Positions 1 through 13,804 of a DNA stretch of 64,000 nt are shown one piece after another (the first letter of the stretch is position 1; each line of letters starts with the position of its first letter). Source of the DNA: Eledone cirrhosa. Taxonomy: Eukaryota. A program made the position numbers and the translations under genes. The stretch covers positions 119,598,001 to 119,662,000 of the forward strand of contig OZ024745.1 of NCBI GenBank assembly GCA_964016885.1. Direction: 5' to 3'. The notes under the pieces are model-generated. The model ran no database searches. It was not told where the DNA came from and worked only from the letters and a program-made list of their open reading frames with translations.

Positions 1-369
1 GGCCGATCTGAAATGTACGAACAGGTCCCTGCTGGCGGATGTTTTATAGAAGCAGGTGTGGATGTTGCCTTCCTCTGTTACCCTGAGTTGGAAGTCCAGT
101 AGGGATAGGGATCCGCGGTCATCGGGGTGTTCCATGCTGAACTTTATACTGGCGTCCATGCTGGAGAATGTTGTGTATATTTTCTCTGCCTCCTCACGGG
201 ATGATGTAAGGATGAGTATGTCATCTACATATCGGGTGAAGAAAGCATGAGAATGGCAGGTGTTGAGGGCTCGGCATTCTAGCTGGTTCATGTAGGTGAT
301 GGCCAGCAGGCCCGATAGGCTGGATCCCATGGGTAATCCTGTTGTCTGTCTGTATGTCTTACCAGCGAA
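1..369 (-). mobile_element. Penelope-like element reverse transcriptase fragment (runs off window start)
   Basis: Manual translation gives FAGKTYRQTTGLPMGSSLSGLLAITYMNQLE...FFTRYVDDILIL...IKFSMEHP...LSLLDFQL, matching PLE RT motifs (YRQ..G.PMGS.LS, RYVDD, L.FLD). No stops. Confidence 0.9.
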
Positions 370-540
370 CCTTCCTTCCAGGCATAACCTACTCACATCA
401 CGAGTTGATCTTTTTATATGTTCGTATAGTTTGAGTAATCTTGACTTCACAATTGATGTAATTGGTTTAAGTTTGGTAATGTTGAGGAGCTCACTGATAC
501 AGATACGATCGCTGACCCCCTTGCCAGTCATATGTCTCAT
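370..540 (-). mobile_element. RTE-like LINE RT C-terminal fragment, in frame with the PLE RT
   Basis: MRHMTGKGVSDRICISELLNITKLKPITSIVKSRLLKLYEHIKRS..VSRLCLEGR resembles the RTE C-terminal pattern (DRI.N.E..., R.L..GHI.R, LEG). Confidence 0.6.
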
Positions 541-929
541 GTGTTAACACCAATGTCAAAGACGAGTTTGACAAATCCTTTTCTTATACAGTTGTAAAGT
601 AATAGTTATTATGGTTCTTCGAAATGCATTTTTTCGTCACAGATATTGATAAATGTTTAGAAATTCTGATAAAATAATAATGACAATTTCTTTATATTAT
701 TAATATTAGTTAAGTAGTTGTTGCTGTATCGCTAAGTAGATCTTTTGTTGTTTGTTGCATGTATTTAAAAATATTTTCAATTCTATTCACGCTGGAAGTT
801 TTAAAATGGAAGCTTGTATATATTCTGAATATTTTATTATATGTTTCTAATGGTGTTGACATTTTTTCATATTTAAATTTTGAACATTTCTTCAAAATTG
901 TTTGTTTGTACACGAACACTTGCGCACAT

Positions 930-1343
<414 letters not shown>

Positions 1344-1761
1344 TATATGTATACATATATGTGTATATGTGCACATATAAATAATAAATATATATGTGTG
1401 TTTACTCACACACACACATATATATATGTTGAATTTAAAACTTTAGATGACAGGTAAATTACTTGCGAAAGATCTATCGTTTCATCTTATGAATCGTCAG
1501 AGTAATGAGAAAAAAAATTAGAATATTTAGAATTCAGGGAACCTTGCGGGCAAATTACGCTGTACATTTCTTGAAACTTGTATGCATTTGCAATTTTGAC
1601 TTTTTTCTCATTACATCATGGAATCACACGACGAACAGAAAATATATTAATTTAGCTTTCAGCTAAAAGAAAAATCAATGTATCATACACGATGTCTTTA
1701 TGAAATGGTTCATAGTTTTATGTTTACCACCCTGATCATGTATTCTATTGAACAACACACT

Positions 1762-1796
<35 letters not shown>

Positions 1797-1800
<4 letters not shown>

Positions 1801-1832
1801 CACAAATATGACCCTCCCCAAGTATAACAATA

Positions 1833-1931
<99 letters not shown>

Positions 1932-2187
1932 TGTTATACTTGGGGAGGGTCATATTTGTGTAATATTGCCAGAATTAATAACAGAACACACTCACTGTTT
2001 GGTTGGTTTTCGTTTTTCGCTTCTGTGTCTTTTATATCGGTAATCTAATTTATTCGGTCCTCAATGTTGCCATTGACTGACCAGCGGTCAAAAATAATAC
2101 AGATACAATATAGACGCAAACACATATATATAGTTTATCAAAGTTCTTTCGTTGCACATCTGCAACATCGTCAGTGGTGCTATTGTT
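1797..2187 (-). mobile_element. PLE 3' end (family A) with short inverted terminal copy across a (TA)n array
   Basis: 1931-2187 is the reverse complement of the sequence following the GIY-YIG ORF at about 43785-44020 (terminus ...CCCCAAGTATAACAA). 1797-1830 is an inverted copy of the terminus. Confidence 0.8.
2131..2187 (-). ncRNA. Type I hammerhead ribozyme motif (family A)
   Basis: Minus strand CUGACGA-U-GUUGCA-GAUG-UGCAAC-GAAA-GAACUU; perfect 6-bp stem II, imperfect stem I. Confidence 0.7.
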
Positions 2188-3320
2188 TGAAACAGTTCCA
2201 TGCTGTTCTGTCAATCCCATTGAGTTTATTGGAGAACTCGGTAGACTCAAACACCTTTATCTGAGGTCCCATAAAAATTCTACCTTTGATTTTGGCCTTA
2301 GATAACTTTGGGAAGAACGCAAGAAGGTACTTAAAAGCGGCTGATTCTTGGTTGACAGCCTTCACAAACTGCTTCATCAACCCCAACTTAATGTGCTGTG
2401 GTGGCATGAGCACAATCCTGGGATCAACCAGTGGCTCCCACATGACGTTCCGGGTCCCAACCACACATTCTGTTCGCTGCTCCCAGTTCTTTGTTTTGTA
2501 GTGGTCAGAGGTGGCTCTGCTGTCCCAAAGGCAGAGGAAGCATTGGAATTTGATAAAGTCTCCTTGGAGTTCAAGCAGGAAAGCCACCATCTTGAAGTCT
2601 CCAATGATTTCCCAATTGCACTGGTTGTATTTCAGAGCTTCCAAGAGGACTTTCACACTGTAGTAATCTTCCTTCAGGCAGACTGAATGAGCTAGGAGCA
2701 GTGTCGGGAACTTTTTTCCATTGTGGAGGAGGACAGTCTTCAAACTTGTGGTGGAGCTGTCTATAAATAGCCACCACTCCTTGGGCACAAACGGCACCCC
2801 AATAACGTCAAACAGTCCAGGCACGTCATGGCAGAAGCAGAGGCCATCCCTAAGAGTGTAAAAGCCTGAGAAAGGTTCGTGACGACTTCTCTGACTTGTT
2901 ACCTGCACTTCCTCCTTGACCAAGTTCCCCTGCCTCATCCTGGAGACGAATGTTTAAAACACAACTTACCCTTTATTCAGCGTGCGAAAATCCAGTATCA
3001 ATAAATCTCTTTAATCCACTTTTTAATAATTTTATACTTTATTGCACTTTTATAATTTTCTTTAGGTATTAATCTTTATTTTATAATTTTAATTTAACCT
3101 GAAACATATATAAAAACATCATTTAACATAAGCAAAATAAACTTACATACAACGTAAAATCCAGCATACAAATAATTCTAGTGAATAGCTTAGAATTTTT
3201 ACAAACCCAACCTTTTAACTGTTTAATAGCACTTTTTTAAATTTATTTGGGACTTAAGCAACACAAAAAAAGTGATTACAAGCCAGGAACAGAGAAAAAA
3301 ATATTTTTTGTTACACGGTG
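2188..3320 (-). mobile_element. Chapaev3-like (CMC) DNA transposon, partial transposase and 5' end
   Basis: ORF 2180-2938 has FIDSS..SLK.VLLHNG, CFLCLWDSRA and HIKLGLMKQFVKA. Terminus CACCGTGTAACAAAAA at 3320 is flanked by TAA. Confidence 0.75.
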
Positions 3321-3414
3321 TAATTAAACAATCATTTTATGCTGACTTAGTTAAATTTATAAATTAGAATGTTCATCGAAAGTCTGTAGAAAATTACTTA
3401 TAATAATTGTTTCC

Positions 3415-3560
3415 AGCAGAGAGTTACGTCCATTTACGGACTGAGTTCAAATCCCGCCGAGGTTAACTTTGCCTTTCATCTTTACTGGGTAGATAAAATA
3501 AAGTACCAGTAATGTATTGGGTATTTGCTGGCCTTGTGCCAAAAGTAGAAACAATTATTA
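3415..3560 (+). mobile_element. tRNA-derived SINE (family S1), 5'-truncated
   Basis: B-box GAGTTCAAATC, body TTTGCCTTTCATC..GATAAAATAAAGTACCAGT, tail CCTTGTGCC..AGAAACAATTATTA; about 14 copies in the window. Confidence 0.85.
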
Positions 3561-4656
3561 CTACTGCTATATCAAGTTAGCAAGGTCTATATTACCACAG
3601 CTCCGTGTTAAGCAAATTATGTGGCCTGTGTGAGGTTTAAACAAACCCAGGATGGGATTATATTGCACATCTGCAATAAAAAAAAACCTAACAACCGATA
3701 GATCCATATAGGACAAGCACCACAGTCCTTGTGCCCAACTGTCCCTCAGATTTCAGAATCCCAAATGTTAGTATGGCCAGTCTCCTATTTATCAGATCGA
3801 CTGGAGTTTTTTGGGAATCAACTAGTCAGGGGCGGATAAGATATCATCTCCACTAATCAATATTTTATGAAATCACTAGAGGTATAACGTGCGCATTTCA
3901 CCAGAACCTTAAGTTAGTGTAATTCGGTATCTCAATTTGGGTAGGATAGAGGTCAGAAACAGAGACACATCAAACCCCAAATAGACACGCAACACAGCCC
4001 ACCCAGCTGTAACGTATAAGGATATGTATTGAAGCCATCATAGTAATTATGCTCAAGGTACATTCTCGATAGAACGTGATACTATAATTCAAAATCCAAA
4101 TATAAGTGAAATTTTAATACTTCTCTGAGTTGATAATTAGCTTTTTAATTTACTAATTACTTTATCAATATATTAATATACCTTGTTCTTTCAGTCAGAT
4201 GTCTACTTATTAGAACCAATTAAATTTATAGAGTTATAAATCAATATTGCCTGCTTCATCATAGTTTGAGCTGAGTTAGACGGCTTTTGACTGCTATTTT
4301 TAGCGTCGATATAAGCCTAATACATTGAGTTGAAAATGTTCATACAGTAATTCAGTGATGCGACACGTTGCTTCCACATGCAGTCTACTAACGACATGGT
4401 TTATATGATATATATTCAGCATGTCCCCTTTGGTGGAGTATACTCTTTCCGTAATTCAACGATACAATACCTCGTTTACCATATAAGATCTGGCAGTGAA
4501 ATGGTAAGTATGAGATATTTTCAACTTGTCCCCTTATTCTTATGAAGAATTCACCAGCCGATGAAGAAACTTCAATTCTTCCAATATTGGTTATTTCAAT
4601 GTCTTGAAACTCCTGGTGTGGTATCTTGAGTTTGAGAAACCATAGTTGAAGCATAA

Positions 4657-5545
4657 TCTATATATATAAAACATAGGATGTCTGTGTGTGTGTTTCCCTG
4701 AAACTCGAGAAGTACCCAATCGTTTTTTTCAAACTTTACACACGTAACCCGTATGGCCCCGGAAGTGTTTTGAGCAAGTGTTTTTCAAATTATTCTGACC
4801 TAGGGATCGAATTAGTGAAGTGGCCAATGTCTGTACATAATGAGGGAGTGAGAGGGGAGAGAAAGAAACGGAGAGACGAAGTGAAGAAGTGGCTCTCTAC
4901 TCCTCCTCCTCCTTCTCCCCATTCGTCACAGCGTTTTTCGATAGAGGGGAGAAATATGAACGAGTTACAGAGAGAAATATTGAGAGTGAAAGAAACAGAC
5001 AAACTAAAAGAGGGGGATAGCGGGAGAGAGAGAGAGAGAGTGACAGACGCCGTCTTTTGAGAGTTGTATGCGTCAAAGATACATGACAGTGGAATAACTA
5101 TTGCGTGTGTTTGTACGTGCGCGCGTGTGTGTATGAGTTTGTGTGCGTTTGCATGCGTGAGTGTGTATGTGTGCGTGAGTGATTATAAACTCTCTCACGT
5201 GGTCTGATCGAATTAACCCTTTAGCATTTACATTACTCTATATATACTATATTATTTTCATGGTAAAGGCTTTATCTCACATAATATAAAAATCTCATAG
5301 ATTTAATATTATTTATTTTGAGAACAATACCTTAACCCTTTAGTATTAATTGTTTCTAACTTTGGCACAAGGCCAGCAATAACCCAGTACATTACTGGTA
5401 CTTTATTTTATCGACCCCGTAAGGTTGAAAGGCAAAGTTAACCTCAACGGGATTTGAACTCAAACCCTTTAGTATTAATGTGAGTGAATTATAAAGAGAA
5501 AGAGTGAGAGTGAAAGAAACAGACAGACTAAAAGAGGGGGATAGC

Positions 5546-5586
<41 letters not shown>

Positions 5587-6121
5587 GCTGGAAGAGGGGA
5601 AGGAAAGCTATATGTCTTGTGGTCTGCATTACGATACATATACACACACACACACACTGATAGCGTCATAATGACGTAATGCAGACAGTCAGACATACAG
5701 ACAGATATTATAAGGGCGCAACGTTATATCTATGTATCTATCTAAAAAGAAAGACTAAGAATTATATAGAGAGATCGCTAAATCGCCTAATGCGGTCCCT
5801 AGAGCATTGAAAGTTTGAAATATTTTGTACTCAAAACACTCACAGGACCATAAGTATTACATATGTAAAGTTTGAAAACCATCGGTTCGGTGGTTCTCAA
5901 GTTTTAGTGAGCTGACAGACAGACAGACAGACAGACATTCTCTGTTTTAGATATATAGATATTTATATATAACTATATATTCGTGCACAGATATTTTTGC
6001 ATACACAATAACAAAATATAAATAAACGTATTTATTTTACGGCGCCCAGTAAGGATAAATATATTTCAAATATATAAGAACCCTAGAGCAAATCCCGAGA
6101 AACGCCGAGCCATTCTGCTAG
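4657..6121 (+). mobile_element. Non-autonomous Helitron with nested SINE and repeats
   Basis: Starts A|TCTATATATATAAAA and ends with a subterminal GC hairpin (CCCGAG..CGCCGAG) and CTAG|T; no TSD. Confidence 0.75.
5345..5462 (-). mobile_element. SINE S1 fragment
   Basis: Matches S1 body and tail. Confidence 0.85.
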
Positions 6122-6210
6122 TATGACATAAAATTTACTTTTTTTAGTCGATTTGACTTGTATTTCCCATAAAATGAGATTTGGCTTATATTTTATACAC
6201 ATACACAGAC

Positions 6211-6344
<134 letters not shown>

Positions 6345-6579
6345 ATGTATATACATTAGTTTAATGTCATTGAGATATGTGCAATATTTTGTTTACAATA
6401 TTAGAGTTCTTGAAAAGTTTTCTGAAAACAAAATAATTTGAATACTTTAAGAATTTACAAAGAATTAGATCTACTATATTAACAGGAATTGTGTTTGGCA
6501 TCTAAAAAAAGCAATATCTAAAATTCTTTCACTCCCATCAATATATTCTCACATACAGTTTGTATACACACACACACAC

Positions 6580-6644
<65 letters not shown>

Positions 6645-6645
<1 letters not shown>

Positions 6646-7745
6646 CATCATCAATTTACGTCTGTTTTTCCCTGCTTGCAAGGGTGGAACGGGCGCTATT
6701 CTGCACAGTATCTCTCCATTCGTCACGGCCCTTCGTCATCTCCTCCGTGAGCTTCAGCGATCTGAGGTCAGCTTTCACCAACTCCGCCCATGATTTTTGT
6801 GGTGTTCCTCTACTGCATCTTCCTTCTACTGGGATTTGTTGGTACTTCTTTACCCAGCGGTCATCCTCCATGCGCACCACATGTCCACACCACCGCAGTT
6901 TCCTCTCTCGCACACTACAACTTATCCCGCTTACAGTTTCTCTCTCAACTCGTCTATGCTTGGTCGTTCACTCACATTTACATTGTACATCCAACGGAGC
7001 ATGCTTGCTTCATTACTCTCCAGGCGTTGCATATCCTCGGCAGTTGTCGCCCATGTCTCACTACCATGCAGCATCACGCATCTCACACAGGCATCGTATA
7101 ATCGGCCTTTCGTTCGAAGGGAGAAACGCTTCTTTGTCAACAGAGGAAACAGCTCCCTAAACTTCTCCCAGCCCGTCCTTATTCTAGATACTATGGCCTC
7201 GTAGCACCCTCCTTCCTTGCTAATCTGATCACCTAGGTATCGGGGGCTACCAACTACCTCTATAGATCCTACCTGCATTTGAAAAATGTATCTATCACTG
7301 CAAGTTTTACTGTCAAATTTCCCTGACCATCTACTGCATATATAGTTTTCCCTACTTGTTAGTTTGCTATCTCACTACATCTCTTTTGTACCCAAGATCT
7401 ATATTGTGTACATTTTACAGAATTTATGCCAACTCCTTTTCTACATATCGAACATGACTATTTCCCTGATGGAATCAGAGTTTTGTCCTCTTTTCTACTT
7501 ATCGATACTTTAGTCTTAGCTAGGTTCACTCTCAGACCACTTGATTCCGACTGCTGTTTCCAGAGCCAGAATGTATTCCTTAGTTCCTTTACTGATTCTG
7601 CTATATGTACCAGATCATCAGCATGGAGAAGTTCCCATGGGCAACTAATCATAAACTCCTCTGTTATTGCTTGGAGAACTATAATGAACAAGGGCGGGCT
7701 GAGGACCGAACCCTGATGTACTCCTACTTGTATCTGGAATTCCCC
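6645..7745 (-). mobile_element. RTE-clade LINE RT 3' fragment, frameshifted
   Basis: [64 protein letters not shown]; ends in a (GAT)n-like tail. Confidence 0.9.
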
Positions 7746-7773
7746 AATAAACTGCATTCCTACACACACGCAC

Positions 7774-7861
<88 letters not shown>

Positions 7862-7899
7862 TATATATTCTAGTCGATCGACTTTCGTCAAATCGGACC

Positions 7900-8090
7900 G
7901 AGGAAACTATGTTTCCGTTGGTCTTTCCAATTGCTAATACTATCTATCGGTCGCAACTCCAGGTAGAAGGAGCAACGTGAAATAAAGTGTCTTGCTCAAG
8001 GACATAACGCATCGCCTGGTTCAGGAATCGAACTCACAACCTCACGATTGTGAATCCAATACTCTAACCACTCAGCCACACGCCTTCACA
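7900..8090 (-). mobile_element. tRNA-derived CORE-like SINE (family S2)
   Basis: Minus strand GCGTGTGGCTGAGTGGTTAGAGT...GAGTTCGATTCC...TCCTTGAGCAAGACACTTTA (A/B boxes plus CORE-like segment). Confidence 0.75.
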
Positions 8091-8099
8091 TATATATAT

Positions 8100-8318
8100 A
8101 TAGGAACGAGTAGGACCCCGACGGCTGAGCTCAAGCCGTTCCGCCGGCTAATTCTGGACTAAAAAAAAAAAAAAATGTTTGTCCAGAATTAGCCCCGTCG
8201 AAACGGCTTGAGCTCAGCCGTCGAGGTCCTACTCGTTCCTATTACCCACTCTACTACCCTAAGTATTGAGTACTTTGGTGCGTTATGGTCCACTTGGTTC
8301 CTTACCACATTTCCTTCG

Positions 8319-8321
<3 letters not shown>
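8100..8321 (+). mobile_element. Fold-back short element (family B) with HHR 3' half, in (TA)n
   Basis: About 60-bp inverted arms plus an 80-bp unique tail; contains GAAA-CGGCU-UGAGCUC-AGCCG-UC. Confidence 0.8.
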
Positions 8322-8358
<37 letters not shown>

Positions 8359-9578
8359 TCACTCGGACAGATACGCACACCCATGTACATGATTTTTATG
8401 CACACTGACAGATACGGTGAGCCGTATAAACCACACACACACACATATACCATTCTTACCAAGCGTAAACCTAATAACACCATGTACCATTGACTCCTAC
8501 GTTTGTTTATCTGTTTGTCATTTTGAACTATACATATATAATATTGATTTTTTTTTCTTATTCCCTTTGAGTTTTCAAACTAAAATTAATTCGATCACAA
8601 TGCATTCAATATATTCATTTATGATAATAATTGATAAGATATACCTTGTTTAAATGCTATCTTTCAAATTAATTTTAATTAGTAGACGCCAAAGAATTTT
8701 GTTATAATCATACCACTAATTCTAGTATTTTTGAAGGTTAATGATTGAAGACAAAGATTTTATATATTGTAGTTATGAAACAAATATATGCACCAAGAAA
8801 AATAAAGAATATAATTTAATAACCATATACAATTGCGAGTCATAAAGAAAAAATCATATTCATTTTTTAACCCGAAAAATTAAATATATATTCAAGAAAA
8901 AGAATGTGAAAATACTATGGTTGCTATTTGTATTTTGAATTGGCTGAAGCCTTAAGAATTAAGTTGTCAGGATAACAAGAGAAACCCATTGAAAACATCT
9001 GCATAAAATTTTTCTCTTTTCGAATTTGATGATTGCGCTCTTGTATAAAGTGAATATTTTTAGGAAATTTAAATTAAACATTTGCATTATAACAAGGCTA
9101 AACTACAAAATGCATTAATAAAAAAAATAATAAAAAGATATTCATATAAGAAACCAACAAATTCCAAAATTATATGTTTAATGACGGCGTAAAAAATATA
9201 AACACATTCAAATGTATGCACCAAGTGAATAAAAAAACAAACATACATACGCATGTAGGCAGAGATAGACCCATACCTTCATAAAAACAAATACATTGAC
9301 TATATATGGTTATGCATATGTGAGTATGTGAGTACGAATGATGGTATCTGTGTCTATGTTTCTGAGCATGTATGCATTTGTTTGTGTGTGCGTGTATGCA
9401 GATCAGTCAACTCTACCTCTCGGATGGGGAGATCTCCCACCCAGTCTGAGGTGAGTGAGCGATGTCTTCTCTTGTGAAAATGGGTATAGCTTTTATGTAA
9501 AATCTCCCCATTTTGCCTCATTTCTCCCTTTTTTTTCATGGTAATACCCGTATGAGGTTTTAGAGGGTGGCAGTTCTG

Positions 9579-9640
<62 letters not shown>

Positions 9641-9778
9641 ATGTGTGTGTGTGTTTATGTAATATAATATGAGTCTGACGAACTAAATGTTAGCCGTACC
9701 AGCAAATAAATAGGTACAGAAAGTTCCACATACACACACATATACACATACACAAATATATACATATATATATATATA

Positions 9779-9967
9779 TAGGAACCAGTAAGACCCCGAC
9801 AGCTGAGCTCAAGCCGTTTCGACGGCTAATTCAGAATTAGCCGTCGAAACGGCTTGAGCTCAGCTGTCGGGGTCTTACTGGTTCCTATTACCCACTCTAC
9901 TACCTCAAGTATTGAGTACTTTGGTGCGTTATGGTCCACCTGGTTCCTTACCACATTTTCTTCGTTA
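9779..9967 (+). mobile_element. Family B fold-back element
   Basis: Same arms and tail as 8100-8321, flanked by (TA)n. Confidence 0.8.
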
Positions 9968-10005
9968 TATATATATATATATATATATATTTGTGTATGT
10001 GTATA

Positions 10006-10222
10006 TAAGAGGGTCGGCTGGAACGTTGAACAGCTGAAAGGATTATAGGCTGACCAAGATAGAGTCATGGAATGACCAAATTAGGTTTATTTTTCAACAT
10101 TGTCCCTGCAAAGAAACAATACATTTATTTGTAAGAAGAGTTAAAATTAATGCATGCAAGTGTTCATAGGCGCAGCATCATTTCTTCCTTGCGAACTTAT
10201 GAACTTTTCAGCCGATCCTCGT
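10006..10222. mobile_element. Internally deleted mariner-type MITE
   Basis: Degenerate TIRs (TAAGAGGGGTCGGCTGGAACGTT / AACTTTTCAGCCGATCCTCGTA) with TA ends. Confidence 0.6.
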
Positions 10223-10329
10223 ATACATTAGTGTAAGTAAAACATTATCTGCATTTTGACCATAACATATCTTTAGTTTGTCACACTGCCTTCTGCTCAG
10301 GCGTGCGTATAGTTGGTACATAATGTGGT

Positions 10330-11080
10330 CGCAGTTTGATCTTCATCGCACTAGTTTTCTTCCTGCTGTTACAGTGTAAAAGTTGCTGCTCCACTAGCAG
10401 TTTGCATCAGGTTGTTTTCACTCCATACTCTGCCTTTTGTATTTTGGCTCATAACGGTGGCCCCACACTTCATCTCCTGTGACTATTCTGATGAAAACTT
10501 CTTCGCCTTCATTGTCGTAGCTTGCAAGTAAACAGTGGTGGACCTCAACACGTTTCCGCTTGTGTCCTGCGTTTAGATCTGGTGGCATCCATCTCCCTCA
10601 GACTTTATGGAAGCCGAGCTCGTTGTAGATGATTTGATAGGCAGAACCATGACTAGTCTGCAGAGAACATGAGACCTCACCGATGATGACTTACCGGTTC
10701 GCCATAACCATCTCTCAAGCTTGCCGAATCTTCTCGCCTGTGATTATGACCTTGTTCGCTTGTCATGCTTTTCAGGCCACTTTTAAACTTTTCGATCCAC
10801 TCATACACACGTTTACGTGGTAGTGCCCTCTGACGGTGAATTTCCGCCCCTGACACATCTTCCGACCAGAGAAATCGGATCACTGATCTTTGTTCCACCC
10901 TGGTACACACAGCTAGTGCAGCAGCAATGTTTACACTATAACTGGCGCGATCAAACTCAAACGTCGAACACGTGACCACGATAGTACCTAATTTAAGCAT
11001 GCATGTGCAGAAGGCAATCTGACAAACCTAATGCTATGTTACGGTGAAAGTGCGGATAATATGTTTTACTTACCCTCGTA
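10330..11080 (-). mobile_element. Mariner transposon, decayed 5' part
   Basis: HTH region EQRSVIRFLWSE..SGAEIHR..VYEWIEKFKSG; TIR TACGAGGGTAGTAAAACATATTATCCGC at 11080. Confidence 0.85.
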
Positions 11081-11147
<67 letters not shown>

Positions 11148-11489
11148 TTGTCAATAAATTGGTTTCAGGTTCCATAATGTGACATATTATAGACACGAAT
11201 TGAATCAAATCTTGTGATTATGGGTAGATAGAAATAGTTTGTCTCCACTCTTGTAAAATGAGTTGTGCCTAGAATTGAAATGGGAAGACTAGCCACACTC
11301 TAAATTTACCAAATTATTATATTACATGTAAATATGTTTGCGCGATACTCATCCTATTTCGTCAGTTGGCCTCACCGTTCATCGAACAAATGAGACATTC
11401 GTTGATGAAACACTCACAGAGGCACTCCCACACATATAATACATAAATACAAACTCGCACACACATGTATATATATATGTGTATATATG

Positions 11490-11935
11490 TGTAGGGTAAA
11501 GGTTAAAGAACCCATTCGGTCACGAATGACCCCCATGGATTTGCACTTACAAAGTTTCCCGCCGAGGCAGAAGTCCGGGCAAGGTTCTTAAGGGAAGAAC
11601 AGCAGTCACCCCGGCATAGCAACCTCTCTTCTTCATGCCACCGATAATGTCCAAGGGAAAGACAATGGCTGACACAGTTTGGCACCAGTGACGTCACATA
11701 TATACATTATGTACACTATAGTATATACTATATATACACTATATGTCATGTTGTCCAAGAGAAAGGCAATTGATACAGCTCGACACCAGTAACGTCGCAA
11801 TCCATTTCTACAGCTGAGTAACCTGGAGCAACGTAAAATAGAGAGTATTGCTCGGGGACACAACGCATCACCAGGTTCGCGAATCGAACTCACAATCTTC
11901 CGATTGCAAGTCCAATGAATCTGAGCCATGTGCCT

Positions 11936-11940
<5 letters not shown>
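11490..11940 (-). mobile_element. SINE S2, longer copy
   Basis: Shares GGAGCAACG..TTGCTC..GAATCGAACTCACAA with 7900-8090. Confidence 0.7.
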
Positions 11941-11970
<30 letters not shown>

Positions 11971-12258
11971 ATCATGCCTTTATTTTTAAATTTTCTCATT
12001 CCTTGTATTTTGATCATGCTTTATTTTAATTTTTTATCTTTATTTGTTTTTTTTTCATTCGCACCGTTTCCTTTCGCTATATGTCTCTCCACCACTCCCC
12101 TACACACCTTTTGAACTCTGTTCCCACACACTTCTCACCCGAGGAAGGGCTTATGCCCGAAACGTCGTCCCCCACTTACCCCCCACTCTCCTGAGGTTGA
12201 AATTAATAAACATTTATTGTACTGCCTCTCTGTTTTGTCCCTGTTCAAATTTTTCCAT

Positions 12259-12328
<70 letters not shown>

Positions 12329-12337
12329 TATATATAT

Positions 12338-13705
12338 AGGGTGTTTCAAAAATGTTGATATCATTTGAGATGTAAATATCACAGAAACGACATAGTCAAA
12401 GCGAATGAAACTAAACAGTTTAATGGTGAGTCACATAAGATTTATTTCTCCAAATTTGCATGAGAAATTCAAAGGTACGTGGATTCCATGAACGATTTCA
12501 CAAATGTTCAATATGCGCACCGCCTGAGACACGGCAAACGTCAAGTCGGTAGTCCAGCTCCTCCCAAACCCGCTGCAGCATGTCTTGGGTAACAGTCTCC
12601 AGTGCGGTAGTGATTCTCTGCTTGTGTTCTTCTAGGTTTGCAGGAAGAGGGGGGTATATAGACCAGGCTCTTCACATAGCCCCAGAGAAAAAGATCGCAA
12701 GGTGTCAGTTCAGGTGAACGTGGCGGCCATTTCAACAGCACATTTTCTTCATTACCAGCACACCCGATCCATCTCCCTCGCAGATTGTCATTGAGATAAG
12801 CCCTCATAGTGAGCTTCCAGTGAGGTGGAGCCGCGTCCTGTTGAAAAATGAAGTATTCATGTTCATTTGCAATGAACTCATCCATTAGTCAGTTCTGAAG
12901 CATTTGCAGATAAACATCATCGGTCACATTTCCCTCAAAGAAAACCGGGCTATGAAGATGCTTCTTGGAGATGGCGCAGAACACATTCACTTTTTGTGAG
13001 TCCCTCTCATGCTCAATTGTGGCAACGGGATTTTCTTCGTTCCAAATACGGACATTATGCCTATTGACTTTGCCATTCGGATGAAATGTGGCCTCATCAC
13101 TGGAAACAAGACGTTCCTTGAACTCGTCTTCAAGTTTCTCTTGCATATCAACACAGAATTGTTTGCACTTTCGCTTGTCATCTGCCGTTATAGCTTGAAG
13201 GAGCTGCAGCTTGTAAGGTTTCATTAGCAAGCATTTCCTCAGGACGCGCTAAACTGTCGTTGGAGGAATCAGGGTTTCCAGACATGTTCTTCTTATGAAC
13301 TTCTTGGGGCTTCGCAAGAATTTTTGGTGAACCCGCTCGACCGTCCGTCTCTTCCGATGTTAGTGGTCATCCAGATCCTTTTGCCCTGTACAGACAGCCT
13401 TCCTCTTTGAATTATTTGTGCCATGTCCGAATCTGCATTGCCGTTGGTGACTTTTTAGAAAACTCTCTCACAAAAGCACGCTGCACAGTCTTCCTCGACT
13501 GTCTTCGAGAATACTCCAACACACAAAACGCCTTTTCTCTTCGAGTAAATACCATTTCTATAACTGAAGAGATAAGCATTTCAAACATTAAACTTAAAAT
13601 GTTGACCTGTCTCTCCACATGGTGTTAACATTTGAAGTCATTTGAATGGGAACTGGCAAAGTTATTAGATTGTGAAATGATATCAAATTTTTTGAAACAC
13701 CCTGT
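12338..13705 (-). mobile_element. Full-length decayed Tc1/mariner element (DD41D/rosa-like)
   Basis: TIRs GGGTGTTTCAAAAATGTTGATATCATTT / AAATGATATCAAATTTTTTGAAACACCCTG in (TA)n. Split ORF with SDEATF, FQQDAAPPH and WPPRSPELTPCDLFLWG. Confidence 0.92.
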
Positions 13706-13720
13706 ATATATATATATTAT

Positions 13721-13803
<83 letters not shown>

Positions 13804-13804
13804 A

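Noticed and set aside
4388-4654. 88-aa complex-looking ORF
   Set aside because: No recognisable motif, cut off by the Helitron 5' end, and no convincing splice signals; unresolved without a database search.
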